The notes under the pieces: generated by a model
The model's input: only the letters and a program-made list of their open reading frames with translations
The model's database searches: none
Told to the model about the DNA's origin: nothing
In this document: piece after piece, positions 20,367 through 32,076 of the stretch
Layout of the letters: every line of letters begins with the position of its first letter
Numbering within the stretch: the first letter of the stretch is position 1
Assembly: GCA_052279835.1 (NCBI GenBank)
Contig: CP181291.1
Coordinates: 160,001-224,000 of the forward strand
DNA: 64,000 nucleotides
Reading direction: 5' to 3'
From: Microcoleus sp.
GTDB lineage: Bacteria > Cyanobacteriota > Cyanobacteriia > Cyanobacteriales > Microcoleaceae
Made by a program: the position numbers and the translations under genes

Positions 20367-20927
20367 CTACGCAAACAATGCGGCCACCGACACACTAAAA
20401 CCTGGTAACAAAACACTGGTTAAATTATCTTCTTTAAACAAAGTCATCGCTAATTTTAAAATCCCATTTTCCCGCAGGTAAACTTCAACTTTTTGCTGTA
20501 CTCTGTCAAAAATCCAATATTCCCGCACACCCTGAACCGAATATAATTTTAACTTAGATTGCCGATCGCGCCTTTCATTTTCCTCACCCGGAGACATTAC
20601 CTCAACCACCAACTCCGGCGCACCAGCCAAATGTCCAGACTCATCTAATATTTGTGCTAAATGCTCATAGCTTACCCAAACCACATCAGGGATAACATTG
20701 TCACCATCAGTGAAGATCAAACCAGCAGTGGTTGCAGCCTTACCTAAACCCGTCTCTATCGACCAATTATTTAAGGTTCTGCAAACATTGTCAACAATAT
20801 TTTGATGTTCCCAGTGGGGGGTTCTTGTCACGACTAATTCTCCTTCGATTATCTCATAACGGTTGCCGTTATCGGGTAATAATTCTAAATCAGCCGTTGT
20901 CCAGCGAACTCTTTCTGTAGTTGACAT
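20367..20927 (-). CDS. Uma2 family PD-(D/E)XK endonuclease-like protein
   Basis: RYEIIEGEL, IPDVVW, PELVVEVMSP, GVREYWI. Confidence 0.92.
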   Translation of the reverse strand: MSTTERVRWTTADLELLPDNGNRYEIIEGELVVTRTPHWEHQNIVDNVCRTLNNWSIETGLGKAATTAGLIFTDGDNVIPDVVWVSYEHLAQILDESGHLAGAPELVVEVMSPGEENERRDRQSKLKLYSVQGVREYWIFDRVQQKVEVYLRENGILKLAMTLFKEDNLTSVLLPGFSVSVAALFA

Positions 20928-21057
20928 AGCTTTGACTCCGCTCTGTTCTATTTTGATTATATCTGATATCTTCCAGAAGTTCCTTGGGCGGGGGCGGGTT
21001 TATTATATTGTTGGTTTCTAACATAAATTGTTGGTAAAACCCGCCCCTAAAATAGCC

Positions 21058-21095
21058 TGTAGATACTGTCTTGATCTGTCAAGACAGTATCTACA
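21058..21095. terminator. Perfect hairpin downstream of rca
   Basis: TGTAGATACTGTCTTGA...TCAAGACAGTATCTACA, 17-bp stem. Confidence 0.7.
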
Positions 21096-21100
21096 GCCTT

Positions 21101-22378
21101 TTAAATATTCGGCCGCTGAATGATGGTTTCAACTACTCTGCGCTTGGCTTTTGGATCGATGCCTATTAGTCGCACGTATTCGCCACCGTGCTCCGCTAAA
21201 CAAGTTTCCAAAGATGCAATCACTTGCTGTTCATGTGCGCTTTGAATGGTGGCGCAACTTTGCCATGAACCTGTTTTAAATCGGCGATTGTCTGCATATT
21301 CTATCCCGATTTTGCAGCCTCTTGTTAATAATTGTTGCACTTGTGCAAATACCTCGGAACTGAGCCGCGAAACCTTACTGTTACTAACTTCAGCAACTGG
21401 TGCAGCATAAGCTTTATAATATTTAGATGATGGATCGTTTAATTGACTTTGAGTCGGAACTTCTGCGGGTTGTTTTTCCGGTGTTTTCAAATTGAACAAC
21501 CGCGATTGATTGTATTCATCGACTAAGCGCATTTCCTGAATCCGCTTTTGTTGTCCTACCATCAAACTGCCCATTTCTATTAAATGAGCGAGGCTGAAAT
21601 TTGGGTTTTGAAAGCCGGGTGGTTCTTCCACACTGTTTACTAAACGCTTGGAAACTTGCTCGATTCCTATTTTGTGAATGAACTCACGAATCTGTTCGTC
21701 ATAAATGCGCGATCGCAATGCACTGAAAAAGTCGATCGCCTGTTCGGAAAATTTATCCACCAAAGCCACAATATCGGCTTTCGACAAATTATCAGACTCA
21801 AAAATGCCGCCCACAACCCCAATTTTATCATCCCGGCTCGGTTCCCAATAAAACTTCTCCATCCGCCCGTCGCGAATGAGTGGGGCGTACAGCGTGGCAA
21901 AGTCGTTTCCAGTCACAATAATCGGCACTCTATGCAAGGGAGTATCGTCATAACTTCCCGGTAACTGCACGTTATGTGGATTGTCAGCAATATTCATCAG
22001 AGTGGCATTGACCATCTGAGTATTAACAGTATACTGAGTAGTAGAATCGAATCTGCCAGCACCAGCATCCAAATCATTAATAAACACAGCGCACATTTCC
22101 CCGCGCACCCGAATTTGTTCCGCAGCTTCCCGATAGCGCAAGCGAATTAAACGCGAAGGATCTCCGGCATCGGGACTTTCTAATTCGCCTCCAGATATCA
22201 TCACGGGTTCAAAACCCATGCGCCGGAAAACCAGTTCGCATTGAAATGTTTTGCCTTCTCCTTTGCGGCCGTGAATTCCCAATATTAGGGGAACTCTAAC
22301 ACCTGGTAAATTTAAAAAGTTCTTAGTGACGTGCACCGCAACTTTGTCGAGAAAACTAGGAGAAATGTAATAACTCAT
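21101..22378 (-). CDS. rca: Rubisco activase with C-terminal RbcS-like domain
   Basis: [35 protein letters not shown], and C-terminal [13 protein letters not shown]...[11 protein letters not shown]. Confidence 0.95.
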   Translation of the reverse strand: MSYYISPSFLDKVAVHVTKNFLNLPGVRVPLILGIHGRKGEGKTFQCELVFRRMGFEPVMISGGELESPDAGDPSRLIRLRYREAAEQIRVRGEMCAVFINDLDAGAGRFDSTTQYTVNTQMVNATLMNIADNPHNVQLPGSYDDTPLHRVPIIVTGNDFATLYAPLIRDGRMEKFYWEPSRDDKIGVVGGIFESDNLSKADIVALVDKFSEQAIDFFSALRSRIYDEQIREFIHKIGIEQVSKRLVNSVEEPPGFQNPNFSLAHLIEMGSLMVGQQKRIQEMRLVDEYNQSRLFNLKTPEKQPAEVPTQSQLNDPSSKYYKAYAAPVAEVSNSKVSRLSSEVFAQVQQLLTRGCKIGIEYADNRRFKTGSWQSCATIQSAHEQQVIASLETCLAEHGGEYVRLIGIDPKAKRRVVETIIQRPNI

Positions 22379-22506
22379 CAGTAGATTTGTGGAAGATTAA
22401 TTGCTTTTGCTGTTATGATTTTATGACAAAACTAACAGCCTACATCGTTAAACTGGATTTTTACCGTACAATCGAGACCTGCACATAATTTTTTAAGGAG
22501 CAATTC

Positions 22507-23775
22507 GTGAGTCCACAAACCTTACTAAAAGAACCCTTAGTCCAATCCGAAGCTAGTCCGTTTAGTTCCGAGAGCTTTGATAAATATGTAATGACCACCT
22601 ACGGGCGCTTTCAAATCGCCCTAGAACGGGGCGAAGGTTGCCGTGTTTGGGATACCCAAGGCCGCGAATATCTGGATTTTGTCGCTGGCATTGCGACTTG
22701 TACTCTGGGACACGCTCATCCGGCACTAATTGAGGCTGTAACCAAGCAAATTCAAACGCTACACCACGTTTCTAACCTTTATTATATTCCAGTACAAGGT
22801 GAGCTGGCACATTGGCTGGTAGACCATTCTTGTGCCGATCGCGTTTTCTTTTGCAACTCCGGGGCAGAAGCAAATGAAGCAGCGATTAAACTCGCCCGCA
22901 AGTATGCTCACGAAAAATTAAATATCTCTAATCCGACTATCATCACCGCCCATGCTAGTTTCCACGGGCGCACCCTGGCGACAATTACTGCAACGGGACA
23001 GCCGAAATACCAAAAGGGTTTTAGTCCTCTGATGCCGGGATTTCATTACGTGCCTTACAATGACATTGCTGCCCTGGAACAGGCGATCGCAGAACTGGAC
23101 AAAGATGAACGCCAAGTCGCTGCCATTATGATGGAAGCGCTGCAAGGAGAAGGTGGAGTTCGCCCCGGTGATGTCGCTTACTTCCAACGAATTCGGGAAA
23201 TTTGCGACGAAAAAGGTATTTTGCTGATTCTCGATGAAGTGCAAGTCGGGATGGGACGCAGTGGTAAATATTGGGGCTACGAAAATCTTGGTATTGAGCC
23301 GGATATCTTTACTTCTGCTAAGGGCTTGGGTGGCGGTATCCCGATCGGCGCCATGATGTGCAAATCGAGCTGCGATGTATTTGAACCGGGAAGTCACGCT
23401 AGCACCTTCGGCGGCAATCCCTTTGCTTGTGCTGTGGCTTTGTGTGTTTGCCAAACTTTAGAACGGGAAAATATTCTCGAAAATGTACAGCAACGCGGGG
23501 AACAGTTGAGAGATGGACTCAACAAGATGGCCGCCCAATATCCCAATTTAATCGCTGATGTGCGGGGCTGGGGGTTGATTAATGGTCTGGAATTACAAGC
23601 TGATATCCCCCTGACATCCGCTGATATCGTGAAATCGGCGATCGCCGCTGGTGTGCTGTTAGTTCCCGCAGGACCGAAAGTGCTGAGGTTTGTGCCACCA
23701 CTGATTGTCACAGAGGCTGAAGTAGCCCAAGCTTTGGCAGCCGTGGAAAAAGCCCTTGCTTCCCAATCGGTTTAG
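22507..23775 (+). CDS. argD: Acetylornithine aminotransferase
   Basis: FFCNSGAEANE, SFHGRT, DEVQVGMGRSG, AKGLGGG, HASTFGGNP. Confidence 0.93.
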   Translation: MSPQTLLKEPLVQSEASPFSSESFDKYVMTTYGRFQIALERGEGCRVWDTQGREYLDFVAGIATCTLGHAHPALIEAVTKQIQTLHHVSNLYYIPVQGELAHWLVDHSCADRVFFCNSGAEANEAAIKLARKYAHEKLNISNPTIITAHASFHGRTLATITATGQPKYQKGFSPLMPGFHYVPYNDIAALEQAIAELDKDERQVAAIMMEALQGEGGVRPGDVAYFQRIREICDEKGILLILDEVQVGMGRSGKYWGYENLGIEPDIFTSAKGLGGGIPIGAMMCKSSCDVFEPGSHASTFGGNPFACAVALCVCQTLERENILENVQQRGEQLRDGLNKMAAQYPNLIADVRGWGLINGLELQADIPLTSADIVKSAIAAGVLLVPAGPKVLRFVPPLIVTEAEVAQALAAVEKALASQSV

Positions 23776-24079
23776 TAAATCGACTGTTGTTTATGAAAGT
23801 CGGGATGGGATATTCCCACGACTATAAACATACATCGAGGGAAGATAAGACTGCTGGTGGCGCATCTCAATGAAGTGTCAAGAATTCTCGCCCTTGAGTC
23901 GAAAGGGAGTATATCAAAATCGCAACACCATTGAGTTGATTCGGAATTTGATAGTTTTGAGGGGCTTCTTCCCAGTCTTGCTAAGCTGGGGGAAGCCTTT
24001 GTTTATATTTCCCGATTTCCTGATTTAATTGGCTGCACGGGGGAGTAATCCTATCGTTAATAGTTCGGCGGAATTCACG

Positions 24080-27000
24080 ATGGACGAACAGCGTCGCAAA
24101 ACTGATCTTAATATGCTCCGAGCGCTGCTGGAAAATCCTGGGGACTCAGGAACAGATTTGATTTTGAAGATTGACTCAAAGTCGATCGACTCTGAGTCTG
24201 TGGAAACGCTTTACTTAGAAGTGCCGCCACTGACACCAGAAGGTTTAGTCAAAGCGGCAAAATTTTTTCAGAGGGTGATTGCACCCTTAGAGCAAGCGCG
24301 GGAAAATGCTCAATTACCAGCCACCCCCCAAGCCTATCTCACTTTTTTAGCAGAAGTATTGCAGACAGTCAGCCGCAGCCCTGACTTGCACCAAGTCTAC
24401 CCCCTGCTGAGAAACAATTTAGACAAACTTGACCAGAACTTCGCCCAACTACTGCGCCAGTGGGCAAGTTCGGTACTGCCGGTGGCGACTTCTGTTGAGA
24501 CAAGACGCCTAGGCGCCCTGATTGGCAATTTGAGCAAAGCCATCGGGCGGTTTCCCCTGGGTAATAAGGCAAATAATTTGGAAATCGAAATAGCAGGTTA
24601 TGAAACAGTAGCTAAGGTGTTTACTCGCTCTTATTTTCCCCAAGATTGGGCGGTGCTGCAAAATAATCTGGGTAATGCTTACAGCGATCGCCTCAAGGGC
24701 GATCGGGCCCAAAATCTGGAACAAGCCATCGCTTGTTTTAAAAATGCTCTACAAGTTCGGACTCCCGAAAAGTACCCCGAACAGTGGGCGATGCTGCAAA
24801 ACAATCTGGGTAATGCTTACACCGATCGTCTCCGGGGAGATCCTGCAGATAATCAGGAGAAGGCGATCGATTGCTATCAAAATGCCTTGCTAGTCCGCAC
24901 CCGCGAGATATTCGGCGGAGAGTGGGCCAGCACTCAAAATAATCTCGGCCGCGCTTACAGTCGCCGACTCCGAGGAGACAGGGCCCAAAATTTGGAACTG
25001 GCGATCGCTTGCTACTACAATGCCTTGCAAGTCTACAACCGCAAGTTGTCTCCCCGCCGCTGGGCCACAACTCAAAATAATTTGGCTAATGCTTATTGCG
25101 CTCGCCTACGGGGAAATCGAGCCGAAAACCTGGAATACGCTATCAACTGTTATCAAAGAGCTCTGGAAATACGCACTAGGGAAGGTTTTCCCGTTCAGTG
25201 GGCGACGACTCAAAGTAATTTGGGTCGGGTATTCATCGATCGCATCAAAGGTGACAGAATCGAAAATTTGGAAATGGCGATCGCCTGCTATCTTGATGCT
25301 TTACAAGTTCATAGTAGGCAAAAATTTCCCGAACGATGGGCGACACTACAAACTTACCTCGGCAAAGCCTACAGCCTACGACTCAAAGGTGAAAAAGCTG
25401 ACAATATCGAATTAGTAATTAGTTGCTATCAAAATGCTTTGCTCTTTTGCAATCGCCAAAAGTTTCCTGAACGTTGGGCGATGTTGTGCGCTTACCTTGG
25501 CCGCGCTTTGAGCGAACATCTCAAAGGGGAAAGAAACCGCAACCTCAAAAGTGCGATCGCCTGCTATCAAAATGCTTTGAAAGTATACACTCGCAAAAAC
25601 TCTCCAGAGCGTTGGGCGATGCTGCAAAACCATTTGGGTCAAGCTTTTTGTGAATTGACGGATACCGAAAGCTCGTCTCACCTTCAAACGGCGATCGCCT
25701 GTTATCACAATGCAGGCCAAGTCTACACTCGCGAAACTTATCCCCACCGCTGGGCTCAAACTTTGTTTTATTTGGGTCAGGCTCACCGACTTAACGGTCA
25801 ATTGCTCCGAGCTTACAGTGTTTTTGCTGCTGCTGTCGATACTGTGGAATTCTTGCGCTGCGAAGCTACGGTTGATTTGTTTGATGCCGGCGATCGATCG
25901 ATGCCCCAGAAGCTAAAATTTACTCGCACCTGGACTCGACTCTACAAAGCCCTGGTACAAGTTTGCCTGGAACTGGGCGCAACTAAACCGGGCTATTATG
26001 CCAAAGCGCTGGAATACACAGAACGCCACAAAGCTCTGAATTTGGTAGAACTGCTGGTGAAATGCCAACTAACTCCTAAAGGCGACATCCCCCCAATCAT
26101 TCGAGAGGAGTTGGAGTGCTTGCGACGGGAAATTATGGCCCAACAGCAGCACCAAGAACAGGGAGTTACTGATGGTGTGAGTGTCCTGATTTCCCCTGGG
26201 GATGATAGCCAAGGTTTGAACAGTGGTTCGCTGTTGGGGAACTCGGATTGTACGCACCTCAATCAACTCTGGCAGCAGTTGGACGGGTTGATAGCTAGGG
26301 AAGTGGAGCCAAAAGACCCTTTCTTGAGTTTAGTTCGTAAAGTTCAACCGATCGGGTTTCACGAAATTCGGGAATTGTTACCGGATGACAATTGTGCTGC
26401 GGTGGTGTGGGCTAGTTTGGGGGAGGTATTAGTCGCTTTTGTGGTTCTGAGTGATGCCACATCTCCCGCTGTACACGTATGTTCGACCAAAAATGCTTTG
26501 GATCTCGAAAATTGGATATCAGAGTACCATAGCGCTTATTCTGACCAAAAAGGTCGCTGGATCAATCAGCTCCAGGCTAGACTCAACCGCTTGGCCACGT
26601 TGCTGGAAATAGACCAAGTAGTTTCCCTGGTGCCGGAAAATTGCGATCGGCTAATTTTTGTACCACACCGATTTTTACACGGTTTGCCCCTCCACGCTTT
26701 GCCCCTGGGGATGGGAGAGTTATTTTTTGAGGGCGCGACAAATTCTCGGTTTCCCGGAGTCGAGCGTACCGGTTCGGATTTGGATACCATGATCGGTTCA
26801 GACTTTTCTCAAGGTTCGGCTTTTAACAACCTACAACCACCTGGTACTTATTTGATCGATCGATTTGCCGGAGGAATTCGTTATGCTCCTACCTGTCAGC
26901 TATGGCGGTTGACACAAATTACGCGCAGCGCTGCTATTGGTAGATATCGACCCCGATTGCAGCAACTGGTAGCAGTTCCCAATTTTAATAAAGATGGTCT

Positions 27001-27712
27001 CTACAGCAATATTGAAGTCGCCCATATTTGCCAATATTTTTCCAGTGCGGAAGTTTTGCGTCCTAAGCAGATCAACAAACAAGCTGTTAAGAGTGCTGTT
27101 GCTGCTAATCTGCATGGGGATATAGCAGTAACAACAGGACAGTTATCCTCGAAAAAAGTCGCTCATTTTGCTTGTTTAGCCTTGCAGAATTTGGCTTACC
27201 CTCTGAAATCATGTTTATCTTTTCAAGATGATTGTTTGACTTTAGAGGAAATTTTTAATTGGGATTTTCGGCAATACTTTTTAGTCACTTTATCGGCTTG
27301 CGAAAATGACAAAAGTGGAGTCAGCTATGATGGTGAATGTGTGGGATTTGCGGCGGCATTGCTCTATGCTGGCACATCTAGTGTTGTCAGGAGTCTGTGG
27401 AAGGTAAATGATGTTTCGACGCTGCTGCTGATGAGCAAATTTTATGAAAATCTGGCCAATTTTCCGAGGTTGCAAACGGGAGATGTGGCTAACGCCCTCA
27501 ATCATGCTCAAAGGTGGCTGCGAGATTTGAATGGCGAGGATTTGGATCTGCTGCTGGCTGATTTTCAACCTCAAATTTCCCAAATGTTCGACAGACTTCC
27601 TCAAAGTTCTCGCCTTAGTGCTGAAGCTTCTTTGCAACAAATTCGTAATCGCAAGCCTCATCCTTTTGCTAATCCTTATTACTGGGCTGCATTTACGGCT
27701 GCTGGGGTTTAG
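24080..27712 (+). CDS. TPR-repeat + CHAT domain protein
   Basis: About ten 44-aa repeats (WAxxQNNLGxAY). CHAT motifs PHRFLHGLPLHAL, LVTLSACE, SLWKVND, PYYWAAF. Confidence 0.92.
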   Translation: MDEQRRKTDLNMLRALLENPGDSGTDLILKIDSKSIDSESVETLYLEVPPLTPEGLVKAAKFFQRVIAPLEQARENAQLPATPQAYLTFLAEVLQTVSRSPDLHQVYPLLRNNLDKLDQNFAQLLRQWASSVLPVATSVETRRLGALIGNLSKAIGRFPLGNKANNLEIEIAGYETVAKVFTRSYFPQDWAVLQNNLGNAYSDRLKGDRAQNLEQAIACFKNALQVRTPEKYPEQWAMLQNNLGNAYTDRLRGDPADNQEKAIDCYQNALLVRTREIFGGEWASTQNNLGRAYSRRLRGDRAQNLELAIACYYNALQVYNRKLSPRRWATTQNNLANAYCARLRGNRAENLEYAINCYQRALEIRTREGFPVQWATTQSNLGRVFIDRIKGDRIENLEMAIACYLDALQVHSRQKFPERWATLQTYLGKAYSLRLKGEKADNIELVISCYQNALLFCNRQKFPERWAMLCAYLGRALSEHLKGERNRNLKSAIACYQNALKVYTRKNSPERWAMLQNHLGQAFCELTDTESSSHLQTAIACYHNAGQVYTRETYPHRWAQTLFYLGQAHRLNGQLLRAYSVFAAAVDTVEFLRCEATVDLFDAGDRSMPQKLKFTRTWTRLYKALVQVCLELGATKPGYYAKALEYTERHKALNLVELLVKCQLTPKGDIPPIIREELECLRREIMAQQQHQEQGVTDGVSVLISPGDDSQGLNSGSLLGNSDCTHLNQLWQQLDGLIAREVEPKDPFLSLVRKVQPIGFHEIRELLPDDNCAAVVWASLGEVLVAFVVLSDATSPAVHVCSTKNALDLENWISEYHSAYSDQKGRWINQLQARLNRLATLLEIDQVVSLVPENCDRLIFVPHRFLHGLPLHALPLGMGELFFEGATNSRFPGVERTGSDLDTMIGSDFSQGSAFNNLQPPGTYLIDRFAGGIRYAPTCQLWRLTQITRSAAIGRYRPRLQQLVAVPNFNKDGLYSNIEVAHICQYFSSAEVLRPKQINKQAVKSAVAANLHGDIAVTTGQLSSKKVAHFACLALQNLAYPLKSCLSFQDDCLTLEEIFNWDFRQYFLVTLSACENDKSGVSYDGECVGFAAALLYAGTSSVVRSLWKVNDVSTLLLMSKFYENLANFPRLQTGDVANALNHAQRWLRDLNGEDLDLLLADFQPQISQMFDRLPQSSRLSAEASLQQIRNRKPHPFANPYYWAAFTAAGV

Positions 27713-27785
27713 TTATTGGTTATTTGTTATGGGTTATTTGTTATTGGTTATTTGTTATTTGTTATTGGTTGTTGGTTATTTGTTA
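27710..27785. repeat. Heptamer tandem repeat (STRR-like)
   Basis: (TTATTGG/TTATTTG)n immediately after the CHAT gene. Confidence 0.8.
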
Positions 27786-28045
27786 TATCAAATCCGGTAG
27801 CATCTGAATTATTAATATCTCTATTTTCTCTCTCTGTGTTCTCTGTGTTCTCTGTGGTTAAATCATTCCGATGCAACCATAAACGATATTATTCGGTATT
27901 GATTATTAGTTGGTTCCTATTACTAATATCAAATTTACTTGCCCCAGGCGCTATTCCGATAAAAAATCCATGAAAAACCCGACACCGACCAATTACTTAA
28001 AATTGTCAGTATCGGGTACAAATTCAACAATTTACCAACAAAATT

Positions 28046-30385
28046 TTAGGACTTTTTGCCAAAAACTTGTTCTTTTATGGCTTGAATTTCTTGACCTAAT
28101 TGTTGACGGTTGGAAGAACGCAACAAATACCGATAGACAAACCATATGGTATATCCAATACCTATTAGCTCAAAAGTCGGTGCTAACAGAGGAATGTCAT
28201 TGAGTTCGTCTACTACGCCCAAAAGCACTTTCAAAGAGATAATCGAGGCAAAAATTAAACCGACGACTGTCAGCGGACTTTTGTACTGCTCGTAAAAGGC
28301 GCCGATGTAAGCAGGAAGCTCAGACAAAATTGAGATCACTTGTTCTTTGATCTGCTGAGCTTGACTGGGAGCTTCTTCGGTGACAGTAACTTTGGTAGTA
28401 CCGATCGAACTTTCAGTCTCATTACCCACTGGAATTTCGGTGATGATCACAGTTGTTTCTGGTTCGTTTGATGAAGTCATTTCTTCACTCGCAATAGTTT
28501 TTGGCTGATTAGCAGCAGGTATTTCAACTGCTGCTACGACTGTTGCAACAGGCGATATTTCGACTGCTACAACAGACGATCCGACTGTTTCCACTGTTGG
28601 TGCTTCGACTACTGTAACTTCTACTGCTGGTTCAACAGTCGGAGGTTCGACTGCTGTAACTTCCACTGCTGGTTCAACCACCGGGGTTTCGACGGTTTCT
28701 TGCACCGCAGTTGCGACTCCTGAAACCTCTGGTGCTGATGATGGTTCAACCACCGGAGTTTCGACTGCTGTAACTTCCACTGCTGGTTCTATAACCGGGG
28801 TTTCGATAGTTTCAATAGTCGGTGTTGCGACTGTTGAAATCTCCACTGCTTGGTGTTCCAGGGCGGGAGTTTCAGGAGGAGTTTCGGCTTTTGAGGTTTC
28901 TGGGGTAGGAGTTTGGGTAACTGCACCAACAACGGGTAAATTCAAGTTATTAAGAGCTGTTTGTAAGCGGTCTCGATCCGTTCCTCGCTGGTGAAGGATT
29001 ACCCAAGATTCTATCAGGTCGGGGCCGTGCATTGCGCCGGTCAAAGCCGCTCGGAGCGATCGCATAATTAGCCCTTTGTTAAGATTTTTCTCTTTACTGA
29101 GCTTTTTAGTGATTTTCTGAGCTTCGGCTGATGTCAGGGTTGCATGACTTTCCACAACTTCTAGAACAGCTTGCAAAGCTTCTGCGACTTTTGGCTGCTG
29201 CAATTGTGCGATCGCCTCTTCTTCATATTCCACCGCTGTGGAGAAGAATACCTTGCACATATCAACAGCATCAGTGAGGCGCACCAGACTCTGACTGATT
29301 AAAGTAGCTATTTGTTCGAGCCTTGGGCGATCGGCCACAGCATCAAACTCATAACCGGCTTTCTGCCAATAAGGTATCAGTAAATCAGTCAATTGTGGCA
29401 CCGGCATTTTGTGCAGGTATTGACTATTGAGCCAATTTAGTTTATCCCAATCAAATTTTGCACCAGCTTTATTAACTCGATCGCAATTAAATACTGTGGC
29501 TGCTTCCGACAATGTAAATATTTCTTGCGTAGAATCCGGCGGAGTCCAACCAAGCAAAGTCATGTAATTGACCAAAGCTTCCGGGACATAACCCATATCT
29601 TTAAAGTCAGAAATCGACGTCACCCCATCCCGTTTAGAAAGTTTTTGCCCTTGAGAATTTAAAATCAGCGGCGTGTGGGCAAATTCTGGGATTGTCGCGC
29701 CCAAAGCTTCGTAGAGCAAAATTTGTTTGGGAGTATTACCAATATGATCTTCACCACGGATGACGTGACTAATCGCCATATCGATATCATCAACGACTAC
29801 AGCGAGGTTGTAGAGAGGTTGACCAATGTCGCCGGTGGTGGAAGCCCTAGCAATTACCATATCCCCGCCGAGGTCGCTACCTTTCCAACTCACAGTGCCG
29901 CGGACCATATCTTGCCAAGATATAGTGCGATCGTCATCAATCATGAAACGAATCACAGCTTGCCGCCCTTCGGCTTCAAAAGCTTGTCGCTGTTCGGCGG
30001 TGAGATGGCGGTGGCGATTATCATAGCGCGGAGCCTGCTTGTTGGCTTTTTGTGCTTCCCGCATTTCGTCTAGTTCCGCCGAGGTGGTGTAGCAGCGGTA
30101 GGCGAGTCCTTTATCGAGGAGAGTTTGAACAGTTTGTCGGTAGAGGTCCAAACGCTGAGACTGAAAAGAAGGGCCTTCATCCCAGTTCATTCCCAGCCAA
30201 GTGAGTCCTTCGAGAATATTGTCGGTGTATTCACTTTTGGAACGTTCTAAGTCTGTGTCTTCTACCCGCAGGATAAATTTGCCGCCTTGGTTACGGGCAA
30301 ACAGCCAGTTGAATACGGCGGTTCGGGCGGTACCGATGTGGAGGTTTCCGGTGGGACTGGGGGCTAGACGGACTCTGACGTTCAT
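28046..30385 (-). CDS. gltX: Glutamate--tRNA ligase with a long acidic linker and C-terminal CAAD (CURT1-like) membrane domain
   Basis: [13 protein letters not shown] (HIGH), KLSKR (KMSKS), and C-terminal [28 protein letters not shown]. Confidence 0.95.
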   Translation of the reverse strand: MNVRVRLAPSPTGNLHIGTARTAVFNWLFARNQGGKFILRVEDTDLERSKSEYTDNILEGLTWLGMNWDEGPSFQSQRLDLYRQTVQTLLDKGLAYRCYTTSAELDEMREAQKANKQAPRYDNRHRHLTAEQRQAFEAEGRQAVIRFMIDDDRTISWQDMVRGTVSWKGSDLGGDMVIARASTTGDIGQPLYNLAVVVDDIDMAISHVIRGEDHIGNTPKQILLYEALGATIPEFAHTPLILNSQGQKLSKRDGVTSISDFKDMGYVPEALVNYMTLLGWTPPDSTQEIFTLSEAATVFNCDRVNKAGAKFDWDKLNWLNSQYLHKMPVPQLTDLLIPYWQKAGYEFDAVADRPRLEQIATLISQSLVRLTDAVDMCKVFFSTAVEYEEEAIAQLQQPKVAEALQAVLEVVESHATLTSAEAQKITKKLSKEKNLNKGLIMRSLRAALTGAMHGPDLIESWVILHQRGTDRDRLQTALNNLNLPVVGAVTQTPTPETSKAETPPETPALEHQAVEISTVATPTIETIETPVIEPAVEVTAVETPVVEPSSAPEVSGVATAVQETVETPVVEPAVEVTAVEPPTVEPAVEVTVVEAPTVETVGSSVVAVEISPVATVVAAVEIPAANQPKTIASEEMTSSNEPETTVIITEIPVGNETESSIGTTKVTVTEEAPSQAQQIKEQVISILSELPAYIGAFYEQYKSPLTVVGLIFASIISLKVLLGVVDELNDIPLLAPTFELIGIGYTIWFVYRYLLRSSNRQQLGQEIQAIKEQVFGKKS

Positions 30386-30489
30386 GTAGATTTTTGCTTT
30401 TAGATTGGGTGCGATTTACTGGCGCTTGACTTTGCTGTTGCTCAGAATACAAATTTTAGTATATTTTGTCGCTAATCAAATTCACTCTT

Positions 30490-30617
30490 TGTAGAACAGG
30501 CATCTTGCCTGTTAAGCAAGAATAGTGCAGGTTGTAGAACAGGCATCTTGCCTGTTAAGCAAGAATGGTGCAGGTTGTAGAACAGGCATCTTGCCTGTTA
30601 AGCAAGAATGGTGCAGG
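30490..30617. repeat. Three tandem 43-bp units carrying an AACAGGCATCTTGCCTGTT hairpin
   Basis: TGTAGAACAGGCATCTTGCCTGTTAAGCAAGAAT(A/G)GTGCAGG(T) three times with no unique spacers. Confidence 0.9.
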
Positions 30618-30762
30618 ATATGAGTTTGAGTATAGGGTCATCGAGCGATCGAGCTACAGTTTTCGGCAACGCAGCAGACGACATCCTGATGATACTAGCA
30701 TTAAGGGCGATCGATCCTAATTGACACTCTCCGGCGTAAAACGCACGGAGATTCTGAAGAAA

Positions 30763-32013
30763 CTACCAAATGGCAATTCTTGAGGGCGCTGTCAAAACAC
30801 CCCTACCAACTCCGTCAAGGTCAAGCCCTAACATTGTCGCTACTTTTCTCAAAATGTTGGCTGCACCATTGCAGTCAGCATTGATATACCAGTTTTTCGC
30901 ACCCGTCCGGTACAAACCACGTTTTACCCGCCTACCAGTTTCCTTCCACCCATCAGGTTTTTCACCGATTGTAGGTAGAAAGTCACGGTCTACAAATGAT
31001 GCTTTAGACGTGTAACTTTCTTCGGTCTCAACGAACTTAATGCCGTGTTGTTCGCACAGTTGAGCGATTCGATTTTTTAATCGTGCTGTAGGAATTTGGA
31101 CAAAATTTTGATTGATATTTTTGCCCATATTGACAGAATCCTTCTGTCCTTTATTCCACCCAAAAACGATAACACCGATTTTGTTTTTGAGACAGTGATT
31201 GACGACTAAGCGAGCTGCTTTATTTACGGCATCACGCATTTGACGGTTTCGTTTTTCGGTTAATCGCGCCAATTGGTGCGACCAAAAACCATTATGTTTG
31301 CCCTCCATTAAAGTTGCTACCCGCTTGTTATACCAATGGTTGACCGACTTCAAGTGCTTGCCATCAACGATCAAGCTTGTCCCTGAGTTGCTGACACAAG
31401 TAAGCCAGTTATCAATACCATGATCGATACCTAAAGCTTTTCGAGCATCCCCGACAGCTTGGACACTAATTAACTTGTAAACAAAGTCGGCGTAAAAACA
31501 GCCATTCTTGGGGAGAATTCTAATTTCTCGAATATCGGCATAGTCTAAGTTGGAAGGCATGGGTACTTGAAAGTTCTTCAGCCCAAACCAAGCTTTTACT
31601 TTTTGTCCGAGAGGAATTGAAATTTGACCATCAATCAACTTTTTTCCAAGCGCTTGCTTCGGATAAGCGATCAAATGTAGTCCACCAGGAGTACGGTAAT
31701 TTGGGAACTTTGGCTTAAATTCAAGCTTACCTTCCCGAAATAATTTGATTAATCCTTTGAAAGATTTTACTGATTCACCAACAGCGCCACAAGTCTGTTG
31801 AGCAGCTTGAGCGCATAAAGCCCCGTAATGAGGATTGCGCTTTAATGCGTTGATTACGTCAAACGGACGAACGTAAGTATGAGCCTTAAAGTATATTTGA
31901 CGAGCGTAATAAACCGCACAATTGTGCAGTTTATTCGATTCTTGGCAAATGTATTCTAGAACCGCTTTGAGTTCTTTGTCAGGCTTGAGTAGTATCTGTT
32001 GACACCCAAACAT
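30763..32013 (-). CDS. tnpB: RNA-guided endonuclease TnpB
   Basis: RuvC-I GIDHG, EESYTSKAS, RuvC-III NADCNGAANI. 416-aa uninterrupted ORF. Confidence 0.93.
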   Translation of the reverse strand: MFGCQQILLKPDKELKAVLEYICQESNKLHNCAVYYARQIYFKAHTYVRPFDVINALKRNPHYGALCAQAAQQTCGAVGESVKSFKGLIKLFREGKLEFKPKFPNYRTPGGLHLIAYPKQALGKKLIDGQISIPLGQKVKAWFGLKNFQVPMPSNLDYADIREIRILPKNGCFYADFVYKLISVQAVGDARKALGIDHGIDNWLTCVSNSGTSLIVDGKHLKSVNHWYNKRVATLMEGKHNGFWSHQLARLTEKRNRQMRDAVNKAARLVVNHCLKNKIGVIVFGWNKGQKDSVNMGKNINQNFVQIPTARLKNRIAQLCEQHGIKFVETEESYTSKASFVDRDFLPTIGEKPDGWKETGRRVKRGLYRTGAKNWYINADCNGAANILRKVATMLGLDLDGVGRGVLTAPSRIAIW

Positions 32014-32076
32014 TTAAATGTTCCTTGGCTGTGATATGTTGATTATACACTACCAATCCACGGAATCAAGCAATTT

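Noticed and set aside
30490..30617. Possible CRISPR mini-array next to tnpB
   Set aside because: The three 43-bp units are near-identical with no unique spacers, and the same hairpin occurs elsewhere as a dispersed repeat.
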